From a bacterium (GTDB taxonomy: Bacteria > Patescibacteriota > Minisyncoccia > Minisyncoccales > UBA10102), in contig JAQBTT010000001.1 of NCBI GenBank assembly GCA_027624865.1, positions 1 through 53,777 of the forward strand: a stretch of DNA of 53,777 nt. The letters run 5' to 3'. How positions within the stretch are numbered: position 1 is the stretch's first letter; each line of letters begins with the position of its first letter. Made by a program: the position numbers and the translations under genes. The notes under the pieces are model-generated. The model had not been told where the DNA came from, did no database searches, and saw only the letters and a program-made list of their open reading frames with translations. This document shows, one piece after another, positions 1 through 8,189 of the stretch.

Positions 1-383
1 AAAGTGCTGTATTTTTAGTTACCCTGTTTGCAGGATTTATTGCGGTGCTTGTTGCGTTTAACACGATACGCCTTACCATTTATGGCTCTCGGGATGAAAT
101 TGAAGTGATGCGTTTGGTTGGAGCTTCAAACTGGTTTATCCGTGGCCCTTTTATTATCCAAGGAGTAATCGTAGGGGTTTTAGCCACCCTTATCACTACG
201 TTACTATTTTTTCCTGTAACATTGTTTGTAGGAATAAAGTTACAGAGCTTTGCTCCTGGGTTTGATCTGTTCTCATATTTTGCAAGCAACTTATTGGTGA
301 TTGTATTTTTGCAACTTGCAGTAGGAGTTGGACTTGGTGTTATCTCAAGTCTGCTTGCGTTGCGTAGGCATCTTAGAGTGTAG
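1..383 (+). CDS. ftsX: Cell-division ABC permease FtsX, C-terminal fragment (5' end upstream of window)
   Basis: Frame of ORF 45..383 stays open to the window edge. The translation EVMRLVGASNWFIRGPFIIQG followed by two TM helices is the conserved FtsX C-terminus. Confidence 0.75.
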   Translation, partial: SAVFLVTLFAGFIAVLVAFNTIRLTIYGSRDEIEVMRLVGASNWFIRGPFIIQGVIVGVLATLITTLLFFPVTLFVGIKLQSFAPGFDLFSYFASNLLVIVFLQLAVGVGLGVISSLLALRRHLRV

Positions 384-492
384 CTTTACAGAGGAAGCAC
401 TTTCTTTTAGTCGTATATGGCGTATAATATATTGTAAGCGTGCTTTAATAGCTCGTTGACAATGTAAGTATAAAATCTGCGAGGAGGTTCTT

Positions 493-1431
493 GTGATTGA
501 CGTTAATCGAGCATATGTGTTTCCCGGACAGGGATCTCAGAGTGTGGGGATGGGGGCGCAGCTTTTTGAGTCGTCTCAGCCTGCGCGGGAGATCTTCAAA
601 GAAGCAGATGATAGTCTGGGCTTTCCACTTTCCCGTCTCATATTTGAAGGGCCAGCTATAGAACTTCAAAATACGACAAACTCTCAACCAGCAATTATGA
701 CCATGAGCATTGCTGCCTTAAGGACGTGGCAGGAGATGTATGGTTCACAGGCAGGGGAAGCCAAGGCGGTCGCAGGACATAGTCTAGGGGAGTACACTTC
801 TCTTGTGGCGGCCGGTGTTATTGAATTTGCAGATGCCATGCGGTTGGTTCGTTTGCGCGGCGAATTAATGAACCAGGCAGCAATCAATCGTCCTGGAGCC
901 ATGGCAGCAATTCTGGGATTAAATGAATTTGCTTTTGGGCAGATTTGTGATGAGACCGGCGTTGAACTGGCGAACATCAACACCGACGATCAGATAGTGA
1001 TTAGTGGCGCGAAGATTGCTGTAGCGCGAGCTATGGACTTAGCTTCTGCCCGAGGAGCCACAAAGACAATCCCCTTAGCTGTTAGCGGGGCATTTCACTC
1101 CTCGTTGATGATGGAGGCAGCAGGAGATCTGGCTGATGCAGTTCAGTCTCTGCACTTCAAGCAACCCAAGGTGCCAGTGATTGGCAATTGTAATTCCACT
1201 CCGTTAACCACAGCGGACGAGATTCGCCTTGAGTTGATAAACGGTCTTTGCCGGTGTGTCCAGTGGAGGGATTCAGTCCGCCATCTGGTTAACGCTGGGG
1301 TAACCCAGTTCGTGGAGTTTGGCTCTGGCGGCGTGCTAACAGGCCTAATTAAAAGAATTGATCGAGGAGTAAAGGCAACAACCTTGTCAGACACCGCCTC
1401 CATGCGGGAATTGGCCGAAGAGGTTACATAG
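493..1431 (+). CDS. fabD: Malonyl-CoA:ACP transacylase
   Basis: 312 aa with the FPGQGSQ..GMG and GHSLGEY (nucleophile elbow) motifs. GTG start lies 5 nt after GAGGAGG (481-487). Confidence 0.9.
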   Translation: MIDVNRAYVFPGQGSQSVGMGAQLFESSQPAREIFKEADDSLGFPLSRLIFEGPAIELQNTTNSQPAIMTMSIAALRTWQEMYGSQAGEAKAVAGHSLGEYTSLVAAGVIEFADAMRLVRLRGELMNQAAINRPGAMAAILGLNEFAFGQICDETGVELANINTDDQIVISGAKIAVARAMDLASARGATKTIPLAVSGAFHSSLMMEAAGDLADAVQSLHFKQPKVPVIGNCNSTPLTTADEIRLELINGLCRCVQWRDSVRHLVNAGVTQFVEFGSGGVLTGLIKRIDRGVKATTLSDTASMRELAEEVT

Positions 1432-1453
1432 ATATCTTAAAAACAAAGATAAA

Positions 1454-1486
1454 GGTGCACTCTGTTAGAGAGTGCACCGTTTTTTT
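1454..1486 (+). terminator. Rho-independent terminator after fabD
   Basis: ggtgcactct-gtta-gagagtgcacc hairpin followed by a T7 run. Confidence 0.7.
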
Positions 1487-1539
1487 ACTAATGTATTTCC
1501 TGGATTTTTAGCAGAAAATACGCTATGGTGTTTTTGTAT

Positions 1540-1613
1540 TGCGGGTTCGTCTAACGGTAGGACTCATTCCTCTGGAGAATGGTATCCTGGTTCGAATCCA
1601 GGACCCGCAGCCA
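1540..1613 (+). tRNA. tRNA-Gln (anticodon CUG), CCA encoded
   Basis: Hand-folded cloverleaf: acceptor tgcgggt/acccgca (U1:A72 is typical of Gln), 3-bp D stem, anticodon stem cattc/gaatg with loop cuCUGga, T arm cctgg-ttcgaat-ccagg. Confidence 0.85.
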
Positions 1614-1719
1614 AGGTAGGAAGTATCGAGGAGACCTAGACCCCTCAAAATCTCCATGAGGGCAACTGTGGATAACCACTTTTGTGCCCCACAGAAATTA
1701 CTTGTAGAATAAAAATACT

Positions 1720-1992
1720 ATGAAAAGAATCGTTATCTCTTCTATGTTGGCTGCGTTTTTACTGGGCGGAGTTGCTTCTGCCAAGGAGCAGACCGTACTG
1801 CCAAATCCCGGAATTACTCCAGAAAGCCCCTTCTACTTCCTTGACCGCATTGGGGAAGCATTGCAGGAATTCTTTACCTTTAACCCAGAAGGCAAAGCCC
1901 GCCTCCAGATTACCTTTGCAGCAGAAAGGGTAGCTGAAATAGAGGCGGCCGAGAATTGTTCTCGACCGTTAGACTACGCTTATTGCGTTTGA
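1720..1992 (+). CDS. Hypothetical secreted protein, possibly a truncated remnant of a longer DUF5667-like gene
   Basis: Signal-peptide-like N-terminus (MKRIVISSMLAAFLLGGVASA). The PGITPESPFYFLDRIGE segment resembles N-termini of longer CPR secreted proteins. The ORF ends abruptly just before a palindrome-rich ORF-free stretch. Confidence 0.4.
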   Translation: MKRIVISSMLAAFLLGGVASAKEQTVLPNPGITPESPFYFLDRIGEALQEFFTFNPEGKARLQITFAAERVAEIEAAENCSRPLDYAYCV

Positions 1993-2063
1993 CAAGCAAC
2001 TCGAACGTCTTGCAAAAACAAAATAAGTATGATCTTTAGAAAAGAGTCTTAGATCCCTCGAAA

Positions 2064-2103
2064 ATGTTAGACGTCCGACGTCTAACATCTTTACGTCTAA
2101 CAT
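2064..2103. repeat. Hairpin atgttagacg/cgtctaacat plus a third direct copy of the arm (acgtctaacat 2093-2103)
   Basis: 10-bp perfect arms read directly from the sequence, with the arm repeated once more downstream. Confidence 0.8.
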
Positions 2104-2121
2104 TCTTAACTTTAGATTTCA

Positions 2122-2159
2122 GCCAATACTTCAATACTAGCTAGTATTGAAGTATTGGC
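2122..2159. repeat. Perfect 38-bp palindrome
   Basis: gccaatacttcaatactag|ctagtattgaagtattggc is its own reverse complement. Confidence 0.9.
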
Positions 2160-2412
2160 GTGGTGGATTCTGATTCAAAAATGTGGGTGAAGTTCAATGC
2201 TGCATAGCATTATACTTTGTGCATTATTCTTCCCAGCATATCAATATCATACCATGGTTTTTTATTGATATATGAGTAGGAGAATCGCCAAGAAGGCTAT
2301 CTTTTGAAAGGATTATTTCACAAAGCTATATGCAAAGATGGACTTACTACCCAGTAAAAGGGTTTGAATTTCGTCCAGTAGCCTTAGCAACGAATTTAAA
2401 GCTAAAAAAAGA

Positions 2413-2436
2413 ACACTCAGATTTGAGTGTCTTTTT
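2413..2436 (+). terminator. Orphan terminator-like hairpin with T-run in an ORF-free region
   Basis: acactca-gatt-tgagtgt followed by cttttt. No convincing ORF lies upstream. Confidence 0.4.
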
Positions 2437-2630
2437 GTTGTTGAGAAAATGTTAGGGGATTTGTGTGCATTGATGTGTTTAAAAATACATCCTTGACATG
2501 TAAGGTTGAATGAACGAGCATTACCTAATCCCCAAAGATAGAATGAACTTTAACATCCTTATGTAAAAGCTAAGTGACGGCGTGAAATCCCAATTCTTAA
2601 CTTGTTTCCAAAATACTCAAATAGGCAGAG

Positions 2631-3464
2631 GTGACAAACATGATGACGACAGCTGTGAAGGTTATCAGTGACGGGGTTGCCAAAATGGACGCTGGGTCCA
2701 TGTTTGGCCAGGTGCCAAAGGTTGCTTGGGAGAGTAGCGTGGTCACTGACCGCAAGAACCGGATGACACTGGGCTTAAATTGTTTGTTGCTGCAAGTTAG
2801 CGGACAAAACGTCTTGGTGGATACCGGAATCGGCTCCAAGGAAGTTGATCAAGGTCTTAGATTGGTCCCTAGCCGCCTAGTGAGGGGATTGAAAGGCGTT
2901 GGGCTTACTCCCAAGGATATTAACGCAGTGGTCCTTTCCCACCTGCATTTTGACCATTCGGGCGGTTGCACTCGACTGGATCGGGCTGGTAACCTGGTGC
3001 CCACCTTTCCCAAGGCTAAATATTACGTCCAGAGAAAGTGCTGGGACGAGGCTTGCAACCCAAACGAGCGTTGTCATGGAGTACATCGCTCAGAGAATTT
3101 CCTGCCCATAGAGGAGCGGGGCCAATTGGAGTTGCTGGATGGCGACTCTGAAATCATGCCGGGCCTCAATGTGATTGTCACCGATGGCCATTCTCAGGGC
3201 CATCAGATAGTCATGTTTAATCATGGTGGGGATCGGGTGGTATTTTTGGGGGATATTGTCCCTACATCGCATCACCTCAACCTGGTGGCCATTTCTGCCT
3301 TTGACAGTTCTCCTAATGTCACCCTGGAAGCGAAGAGGGATCTGCTGACCGAGGCAGAGCGCAAGGGTTGGCTTTTGGTCTTCTCCCACGGCCATGATAT
3401 TAAGGCAGGGTATCTTGAACGAAGAGGCGACATGGGCTATTTAAAGCCCGTCAACCTAGAGTAA
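2631..3464 (+). CDS. MBL-fold metallo-hydrolase
   Basis: 277 aa with the HLHFDHSGG (HxHxDH) metallo-beta-lactamase motif and later His/Asp ligands. Confidence 0.8.
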   Translation: MTNMMTTAVKVISDGVAKMDAGSMFGQVPKVAWESSVVTDRKNRMTLGLNCLLLQVSGQNVLVDTGIGSKEVDQGLRLVPSRLVRGLKGVGLTPKDINAVVLSHLHFDHSGGCTRLDRAGNLVPTFPKAKYYVQRKCWDEACNPNERCHGVHRSENFLPIEERGQLELLDGDSEIMPGLNVIVTDGHSQGHQIVMFNHGGDRVVFLGDIVPTSHHLNLVAISAFDSSPNVTLEAKRDLLTEAERKGWLLVFSHGHDIKAGYLERRGDMGYLKPVNLE

Positions 3465-3490
3465 ATCCAAGGAGTTGAGTAAACGAAGAT

Positions 3491-3520
3491 GGGGTGTCAG
3501 TCATATGACGCCCCATTACT
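3491..3520 (+). terminator. Possible terminator after the MBL hydrolase gene
   Basis: ggggtgtca-gtcata-tgacgcccc hairpin followed by only a weak T tract. Confidence 0.4.
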
Positions 3521-3611
3521 TTTATATAAAGAGAGTGGACTTTTCCTGGTAGTATGGTATAGTATCGTCAGAGCAAAGTTGGTTTTGTACTATTACGATA
3601 ATTTTTAAGAC

Positions 3612-4466
3612 ATGGTAGTATTTCTTGCGCTCACGAGCGCGTTTTTTATTGGGCTCAGCAATGTGCTCATACGAAAAGGACTTGATCGGGCAAGCCGTAT
3701 GCAAGCAATTATTTTTTCACTGTTTTCAAGTGTCGCAATTTTTTGGACTCTTGTTTTTTTGTTTGGTGATGCTCGTTTACTTGTAACATTTGCTATTGCT
3801 TGGTTTCTTTTAGCAGGGCTTCTTGGTCCTGGTATTGGAAGAGCGCTTAACATTACTTCTTTACAAAGAATAGGATTGGCTCGTACTATACCCATTGTTG
3901 GTATTGCTCCTTTTTTTGCAACGATTGTAGCGATAGGAATTCTAGGAGAGCATTTTTCTTTTCTGGTATTTTTTGGTATGGCGTCAATTATCTTTGGTAT
4001 TTTTGTACTAAGCAAGGGAAGAATTGAAAAGAAGGAGTTTCGCAAAAGAGATATTCTTTTGCCTCTTGGTTCTGCGCTATTTGGAGGGTTCTCAATTGCA
4101 ATAACTAAAAGAGGACTTCAAGACCTTCAAGATCCATTGGGCGGCGCAGCGATTGTCGTAACTATGGCCTTGCTCGTAGCCCTCTTGTATGTGCTGTGGA
4201 GCAAGCAAGTATCAGTATTGCGCGCTTCGTCATTTTCCGATATTAAGTTTTCCTTACTTGCTGGAGTTTCGCTTTCAGCTGCATTTTTGCTAAACTTTAG
4301 CGCACTTCAAATGGGAGAAGTTTCTATTGTTGCTCCACTTATGAGTACGTTTCCTATGTTTGGAGTTCTTTTGGGTAGTGTATTTTTAAAAGAGAGAATT
4401 ACTCAAAAAATGTTTCTTGGGATGATTTTTATTCTAGCTGGGGTTTCATTTATACAACTTTTGTAA
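3612..4466 (+). CDS. EamA/DMT-family transporter
   Basis: 284 aa with about 10 predicted TM helices and the two-halves EamA-like architecture. Confidence 0.7.
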   Translation: MVVFLALTSAFFIGLSNVLIRKGLDRASRMQAIIFSLFSSVAIFWTLVFLFGDARLLVTFAIAWFLLAGLLGPGIGRALNITSLQRIGLARTIPIVGIAPFFATIVAIGILGEHFSFLVFFGMASIIFGIFVLSKGRIEKKEFRKRDILLPLGSALFGGFSIAITKRGLQDLQDPLGGAAIVVTMALLVALLYVLWSKQVSVLRASSFSDIKFSLLAGVSLSAAFLLNFSALQMGEVSIVAPLMSTFPMFGVLLGSVFLKERITQKMFLGMIFILAGVSFIQLL

Positions 4467-4487
4467 GGTGTGGTACTATAGCGATAT

Positions 4488-5039
4488 ATGGTACTCACAA
4501 AATCGTTCCAAAAACTCAGCAGTGGAGAGCAAGCGCCAAGTTTTTCTTTACAAGGAGTGGATGAGAGAACATATTCTCTTTCTGATTTTAAAGGGAAGGA
4601 AGGACTTCTTGTTTTATTCATTTGTAATCATTGTCCGTACGTAATTGCAAAGATAGATGCGATAGGTAAGCTTTGCGAGAAGTGGCAAGAGAGAATTGCT
4701 TTTGTTGGCATTAATAGCAATGATCCTGGATATGAGGGGGAAGGCATGGAGAATATGAAAGAGTTTGCAAAAGAACGAAATATGCAATTTCCCTATGTCT
4801 TGGACGAAACTCAAGAGACTGCAAAAGCATATGGCGCTACATGTACGCCAGACTCTTTTCTATTTGATAAAGACCTTCAATTGGTATTTCATGGGAGGAT
4901 TGATGATGCGCTGGAGCCTGGACAAGAGACAAGAGAGAGCACTATGGATATAAATATTGAACGACTTGTTTCCGGACAAGAAATCTCAAAAGAGGAAAAG
5001 TACTCTATGGGGTGCTCTATTAAATGGATAACTTCGTAA
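4488..5039 (+). CDS. Thioredoxin-fold protein (AhpC/TSA-redoxin-like)
   Basis: 183 aa with a FICNHCPY CxxC redox motif in a redoxin-like context. Confidence 0.7.
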   Translation: MVLTKSFQKLSSGEQAPSFSLQGVDERTYSLSDFKGKEGLLVLFICNHCPYVIAKIDAIGKLCEKWQERIAFVGINSNDPGYEGEGMENMKEFAKERNMQFPYVLDETQETAKAYGATCTPDSFLFDKDLQLVFHGRIDDALEPGQETRESTMDINIERLVSGQEISKEEKYSMGCSIKWITS

Positions 5040-5043
5040 TCGC

Positions 5044-5775
5044 ATGAAGAAAAATACTGTAAAAAAAATCCATAAGTCAGGAGAAATTTGTTTGCCTGCC
5101 GCAACCTTAGGGAAATTAATGAATCTCCCTCCTGAAAGAGTAGGAGAAATGCGCCTAACACGCATCACACAGGAATTTGCCAAGGGGTTTCATTTTTTGC
5201 GAAATTACGGTAAATCAGCTACCTTTTTTGGTTCAGCCCGTTGCATTGCAGGAGACAAGCACTATGAGGAAGCAAGAAAGCTTGCCTCGCTCCTTGCAGG
5301 AGATGGTTTTGCTATTATTACCGGAGGAGGTCCTGGCATTATGGAAGCTGCCAACAAGGGGGCAGTAGAAGCAGGAGGACAGTCAGCTGGTATTAATATT
5401 CAGCTTGGCAAGACGCAGAACGCGAATCCGTATGTGAAAGAATCCGTGTCTTTCTATTACTTCTTTGCTAGAAAGGTGATGCTTTCTTTTGCCTCTGAGG
5501 TATACATATTTTTTGCAGGAGGGTTTGGAACACTCGATGAGTTTTTTGAGTTAGTCACTCTTGTACAGACAAGAAAGATTGATCCCATCCCCATTATTTT
5601 AGTGGGGGAAGAGTACTGGAATCCACTGATCAAATGGATTGCAAAGGATCTGTATGAAAAAAGAAAGAATATTGATAAGGAAGACATGAAAATTTACCGC
5701 GTGGTAAAAGATGCCACTGAGGCAGCAAAGATTATTAAAAAGCTAGTGAAAAAAGATAACATTCGCACTGTTTAA
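5044..5775 (+). CDS. LOG / TIGR00730-family Rossmann-fold protein
   Basis: 243 aa with the GGGPGIMEA and GGFGTLDEFFE motifs that are diagnostic for the LOG family. Confidence 0.8.
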   Translation: MKKNTVKKIHKSGEICLPAATLGKLMNLPPERVGEMRLTRITQEFAKGFHFLRNYGKSATFFGSARCIAGDKHYEEARKLASLLAGDGFAIITGGGPGIMEAANKGAVEAGGQSAGINIQLGKTQNANPYVKESVSFYYFFARKVMLSFASEVYIFFAGGFGTLDEFFELVTLVQTRKIDPIPIILVGEEYWNPLIKWIAKDLYEKRKNIDKEDMKIYRVVKDATEAAKIIKKLVKKDNIRTV

Positions 5776-5918
5776 GTTTGCACTTTTTCACGTCTGATAG
5801 ATGGGAGTAATGGGAAAATCATAGAAAAAGCAACTACGCCAACGAACGCAGAAAGATAAATGAAAAAAAGTTGGGCTTTGAGGTTCCTATGGGGGTAGTA
5901 TACACTTGAGAAAAGAAA

Positions 5919-5946
5919 TTGACAAAAATACTAGCCTTACTACAAT
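5919..5946 (+). promoter_or_regulatory. Sigma70-like promoter of ftsZ, predicted to give a leaderless mRNA
   Basis: TTGACA (5919-5924), 16-nt spacer, TACAAT (5941-5946), then 6 nt to ATG 5953. Confidence 0.6.
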
Positions 5947-5952
5947 GGAGGA

Positions 5953-7320
5953 ATGGCAAAGAAAACTCAAAAGGCAAAAGCAAAACCAAAGAAGCCGCAA
6001 AAAAAAAGTAGGGTAAAAGTGACTCCTCGCGCTGTAAAAAAGCGTGCTGTGGTTTCCGCTAAAGCAAAGCAGTTAGCTTTGAGCGCAGAGGGAGCACAAA
6101 AGACTAAGATTCGAGTTATTGGCGTTGGAGGGGGAGGTTCTTCTATCGTAGCAGAAATTGCACGCTTGGTAGGAAGAGTGGATTTTGTTTCTGCAAATAC
6201 AGACATGCAAGCGCAAAAGAATCTTTCGCGTAATATTCGAGCATTTGCATTTGGACAAGAGCTTACTCATGGCCTTGGATGTGGCATGGATGTTGCCTTG
6301 GGAGAGGCCGGGGCAAAAGCAGAAAAGGATAGGATAAAGAAATTAGTGGAAGGTCAAGATGTTTGTATCTTGATAGCTTCTTTGGGGGGAGGGACTGGAT
6401 CTGGTGCAATCTCAGTATTTGCGGAAGCAGCAAAAGAAGCAAAGTGTTTGACGCTAGGTATTTTTACGATGCCATTTGCTTTTGAGGGACAAAAAAGAAA
6501 GGAAATAGCAGATGTTGCCCTGCAAAAAGTCATCCCCTTACTCAACGTGTATAGTGTGATTCCAAATGAAAATATCTTTCGCATCATTGATCAAAAAACC
6601 CCATTTCGCAGTGCATTTTCAGCGGTGAATAAAAGATTAGCTGAGACCCTGGAAGGTTTTATTGATACCTTAGCTCTTCCAGGCCTCATCAATATTGATT
6701 TTGCTGACTTACGAACCTTACTGGAAGGAAGAGGGAAGCTTGCTTACTTAAACACTGCCCTGATGCAGGGCGAACCTAAAGCTCAACTTGCCTTAAAGGA
6801 GGTACTGAGTAACCCTCTTTATGATTATGGGATTCGCGGAGCTGATCGCATGGTGTTTAATATAACTGGGGATAAAGCAATGAAAATGCATGAGGTTGCT
6901 GATATCTCAAAAAATATCTCTTCTTTTAATATAAAAGCTCGCATTATTTTTGGTATTTCTTTTCAACCAGAGTACAAGGATAAGCTTCGCATCGCTCTTT
7001 TTGCTGTTGGGTGCGAACAAAAGGCTGAGAAAAAACTAGAGAAAATTGTAGAAAAGCCAGATGGGAAAAAGAAAAGCAGTGTAAAAAAGTCTGCAATTAA
7101 AAAACCTACTACAAAGAAGCCAGAGAAAAAAACTGTAAAGAAAGATACTCCTCCTCCAGCTTTGAAAGCTCCTCGTCCTCCATCTTTTAAGATGAGGAGG
7201 AATGCTTTGGACTTAAAAAAGGCTCAGGATAGAGAAATAAAAGATATGGAGAAGCAAGATGGGCAGTGGGACATCCCTTCTTTCCTTCGTAATAATAGAT
7301 ATCAAGGAGACGCTCTATAG
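5953..7320 (+). CDS. ftsZ: Cell-division GTPase FtsZ with Lys-rich N- and C-terminal extensions
   Basis: GVGGGGS and GGGTGSG tubulin signature, and a C-terminal DIPSFLR peptide. About 50 aa of a KKxxK-rich N-terminal extension precede the core. Confidence 0.9.
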   Translation: MAKKTQKAKAKPKKPQKKSRVKVTPRAVKKRAVVSAKAKQLALSAEGAQKTKIRVIGVGGGGSSIVAEIARLVGRVDFVSANTDMQAQKNLSRNIRAFAFGQELTHGLGCGMDVALGEAGAKAEKDRIKKLVEGQDVCILIASLGGGTGSGAISVFAEAAKEAKCLTLGIFTMPFAFEGQKRKEIADVALQKVIPLLNVYSVIPNENIFRIIDQKTPFRSAFSAVNKRLAETLEGFIDTLALPGLINIDFADLRTLLEGRGKLAYLNTALMQGEPKAQLALKEVLSNPLYDYGIRGADRMVFNITGDKAMKMHEVADISKNISSFNIKARIIFGISFQPEYKDKLRIALFAVGCEQKAEKKLEKIVEKPDGKKKSSVKKSAIKKPTTKKPEKKTVKKDTPPPALKAPRPPSFKMRRNALDLKKAQDREIKDMEKQDGQWDIPSFLRNNRYQGDAL

Positions 7321-7325
7321 TTTTT

Positions 7326-8087
7326 ATGAGTGATATAACAAAGGCGATAATTCCTATTGCAGGTCTGGCAACGCGCTTTTTGCCTTTGTCAAAAGCCGTA
7401 CCAAAAGAACTTTTACCAGTAGGTTTAAAACCTATGCTTTTGTATGCATTGGAGGAATTGAAGGCAGCGGGAGTTTTGCACATCATTTTTGTTGTAAATA
7501 ATAATAAAAAGCAAGTTGAGGAATACATTAAGCGTTCTCCTCAACTGGAAAAACTTTTACAAGAAAGAAATCAAGAGGATCTTTTAGAAGAGGTGCAAGA
7601 GCTTAATAAAACATTGGAAGGGCTCTCCTTCACCTTTGTTTCTGATAAGCCGTTAGGGGATGGCCATGCGGTGTTGCAGGCAAAGAAATTTATCGGTCAG
7701 GAATCTTGCTTTGTTGTGTTCCCAGATGATATTGTTGAGGCAAAAACTCCAGGGTGCGTGCAATTAGCTCAAGTATTCAAAACAGCGCAAAAGCCAGTGG
7801 TTGCGCTAGCTCGCCTCCCTAAAGAGCGCTTATCTTCATATGGGGTTGTTGATGTAGAAAAGATTTCACAGCGTTTGTATAAGGTAAAAAATATTATCGA
7901 AAAACCACAAGGAGAAGCTCCCTCTGATTTAGCTAGTCTTGGAAGGCGTATCATTACTCCGGAAGTTTTTGATTATTTGAAAAAAACAAAGCCAAATAAA
8001 AAAGGGGAGATAATATTATTTGAAGCATTAGGAGACATGGTGCGCGATGGAAAGGTTGTGTATGGATATGAGATAAGCTGGGAATAA
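7326..8087 (+). CDS. galU: UTP-glucose-1-phosphate uridylyltransferase. The 3' end appears frameshifted (see findings).
   Basis: KAIIPIAGLATRFLPLSKAVPKELLPV N-terminal motif. The conserved C-terminal AGNK..L.F.L..P.LG.E segment is found in the +1 frame (8074-8184). Confidence 0.8.
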   Translation: MSDITKAIIPIAGLATRFLPLSKAVPKELLPVGLKPMLLYALEELKAAGVLHIIFVVNNNKKQVEEYIKRSPQLEKLLQERNQEDLLEEVQELNKTLEGLSFTFVSDKPLGDGHAVLQAKKFIGQESCFVVFPDDIVEAKTPGCVQLAQVFKTAQKPVVALARLPKERLSSYGVVDVEKISQRLYKVKNIIEKPQGEAPSDLASLGRRIITPEVFDYLKKTKPNKKGEIILFEALGDMVRDGKVVYGYEISWE

Positions 8088-8189
8088 AAAAGATTGGATG
8101 CGAACAAATCTTCACTTCTCGCTCAAGGATCCTTACTTGGGGAAAGAACTTTTGCAGTTTATAAAGGAAGAAAGTAAGATGTAAATAGT

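Noticed and set aside
5947-5952. ggagga in front of the ftsZ ATG as a Shine-Dalgarno sequence.
   Set aside because: It abuts the ATG with zero spacing, which is too close for SD function. It is exactly the 6-nt gap between a TACAAT -10 and the start codon, and the 16S tail lacks CCUCC.
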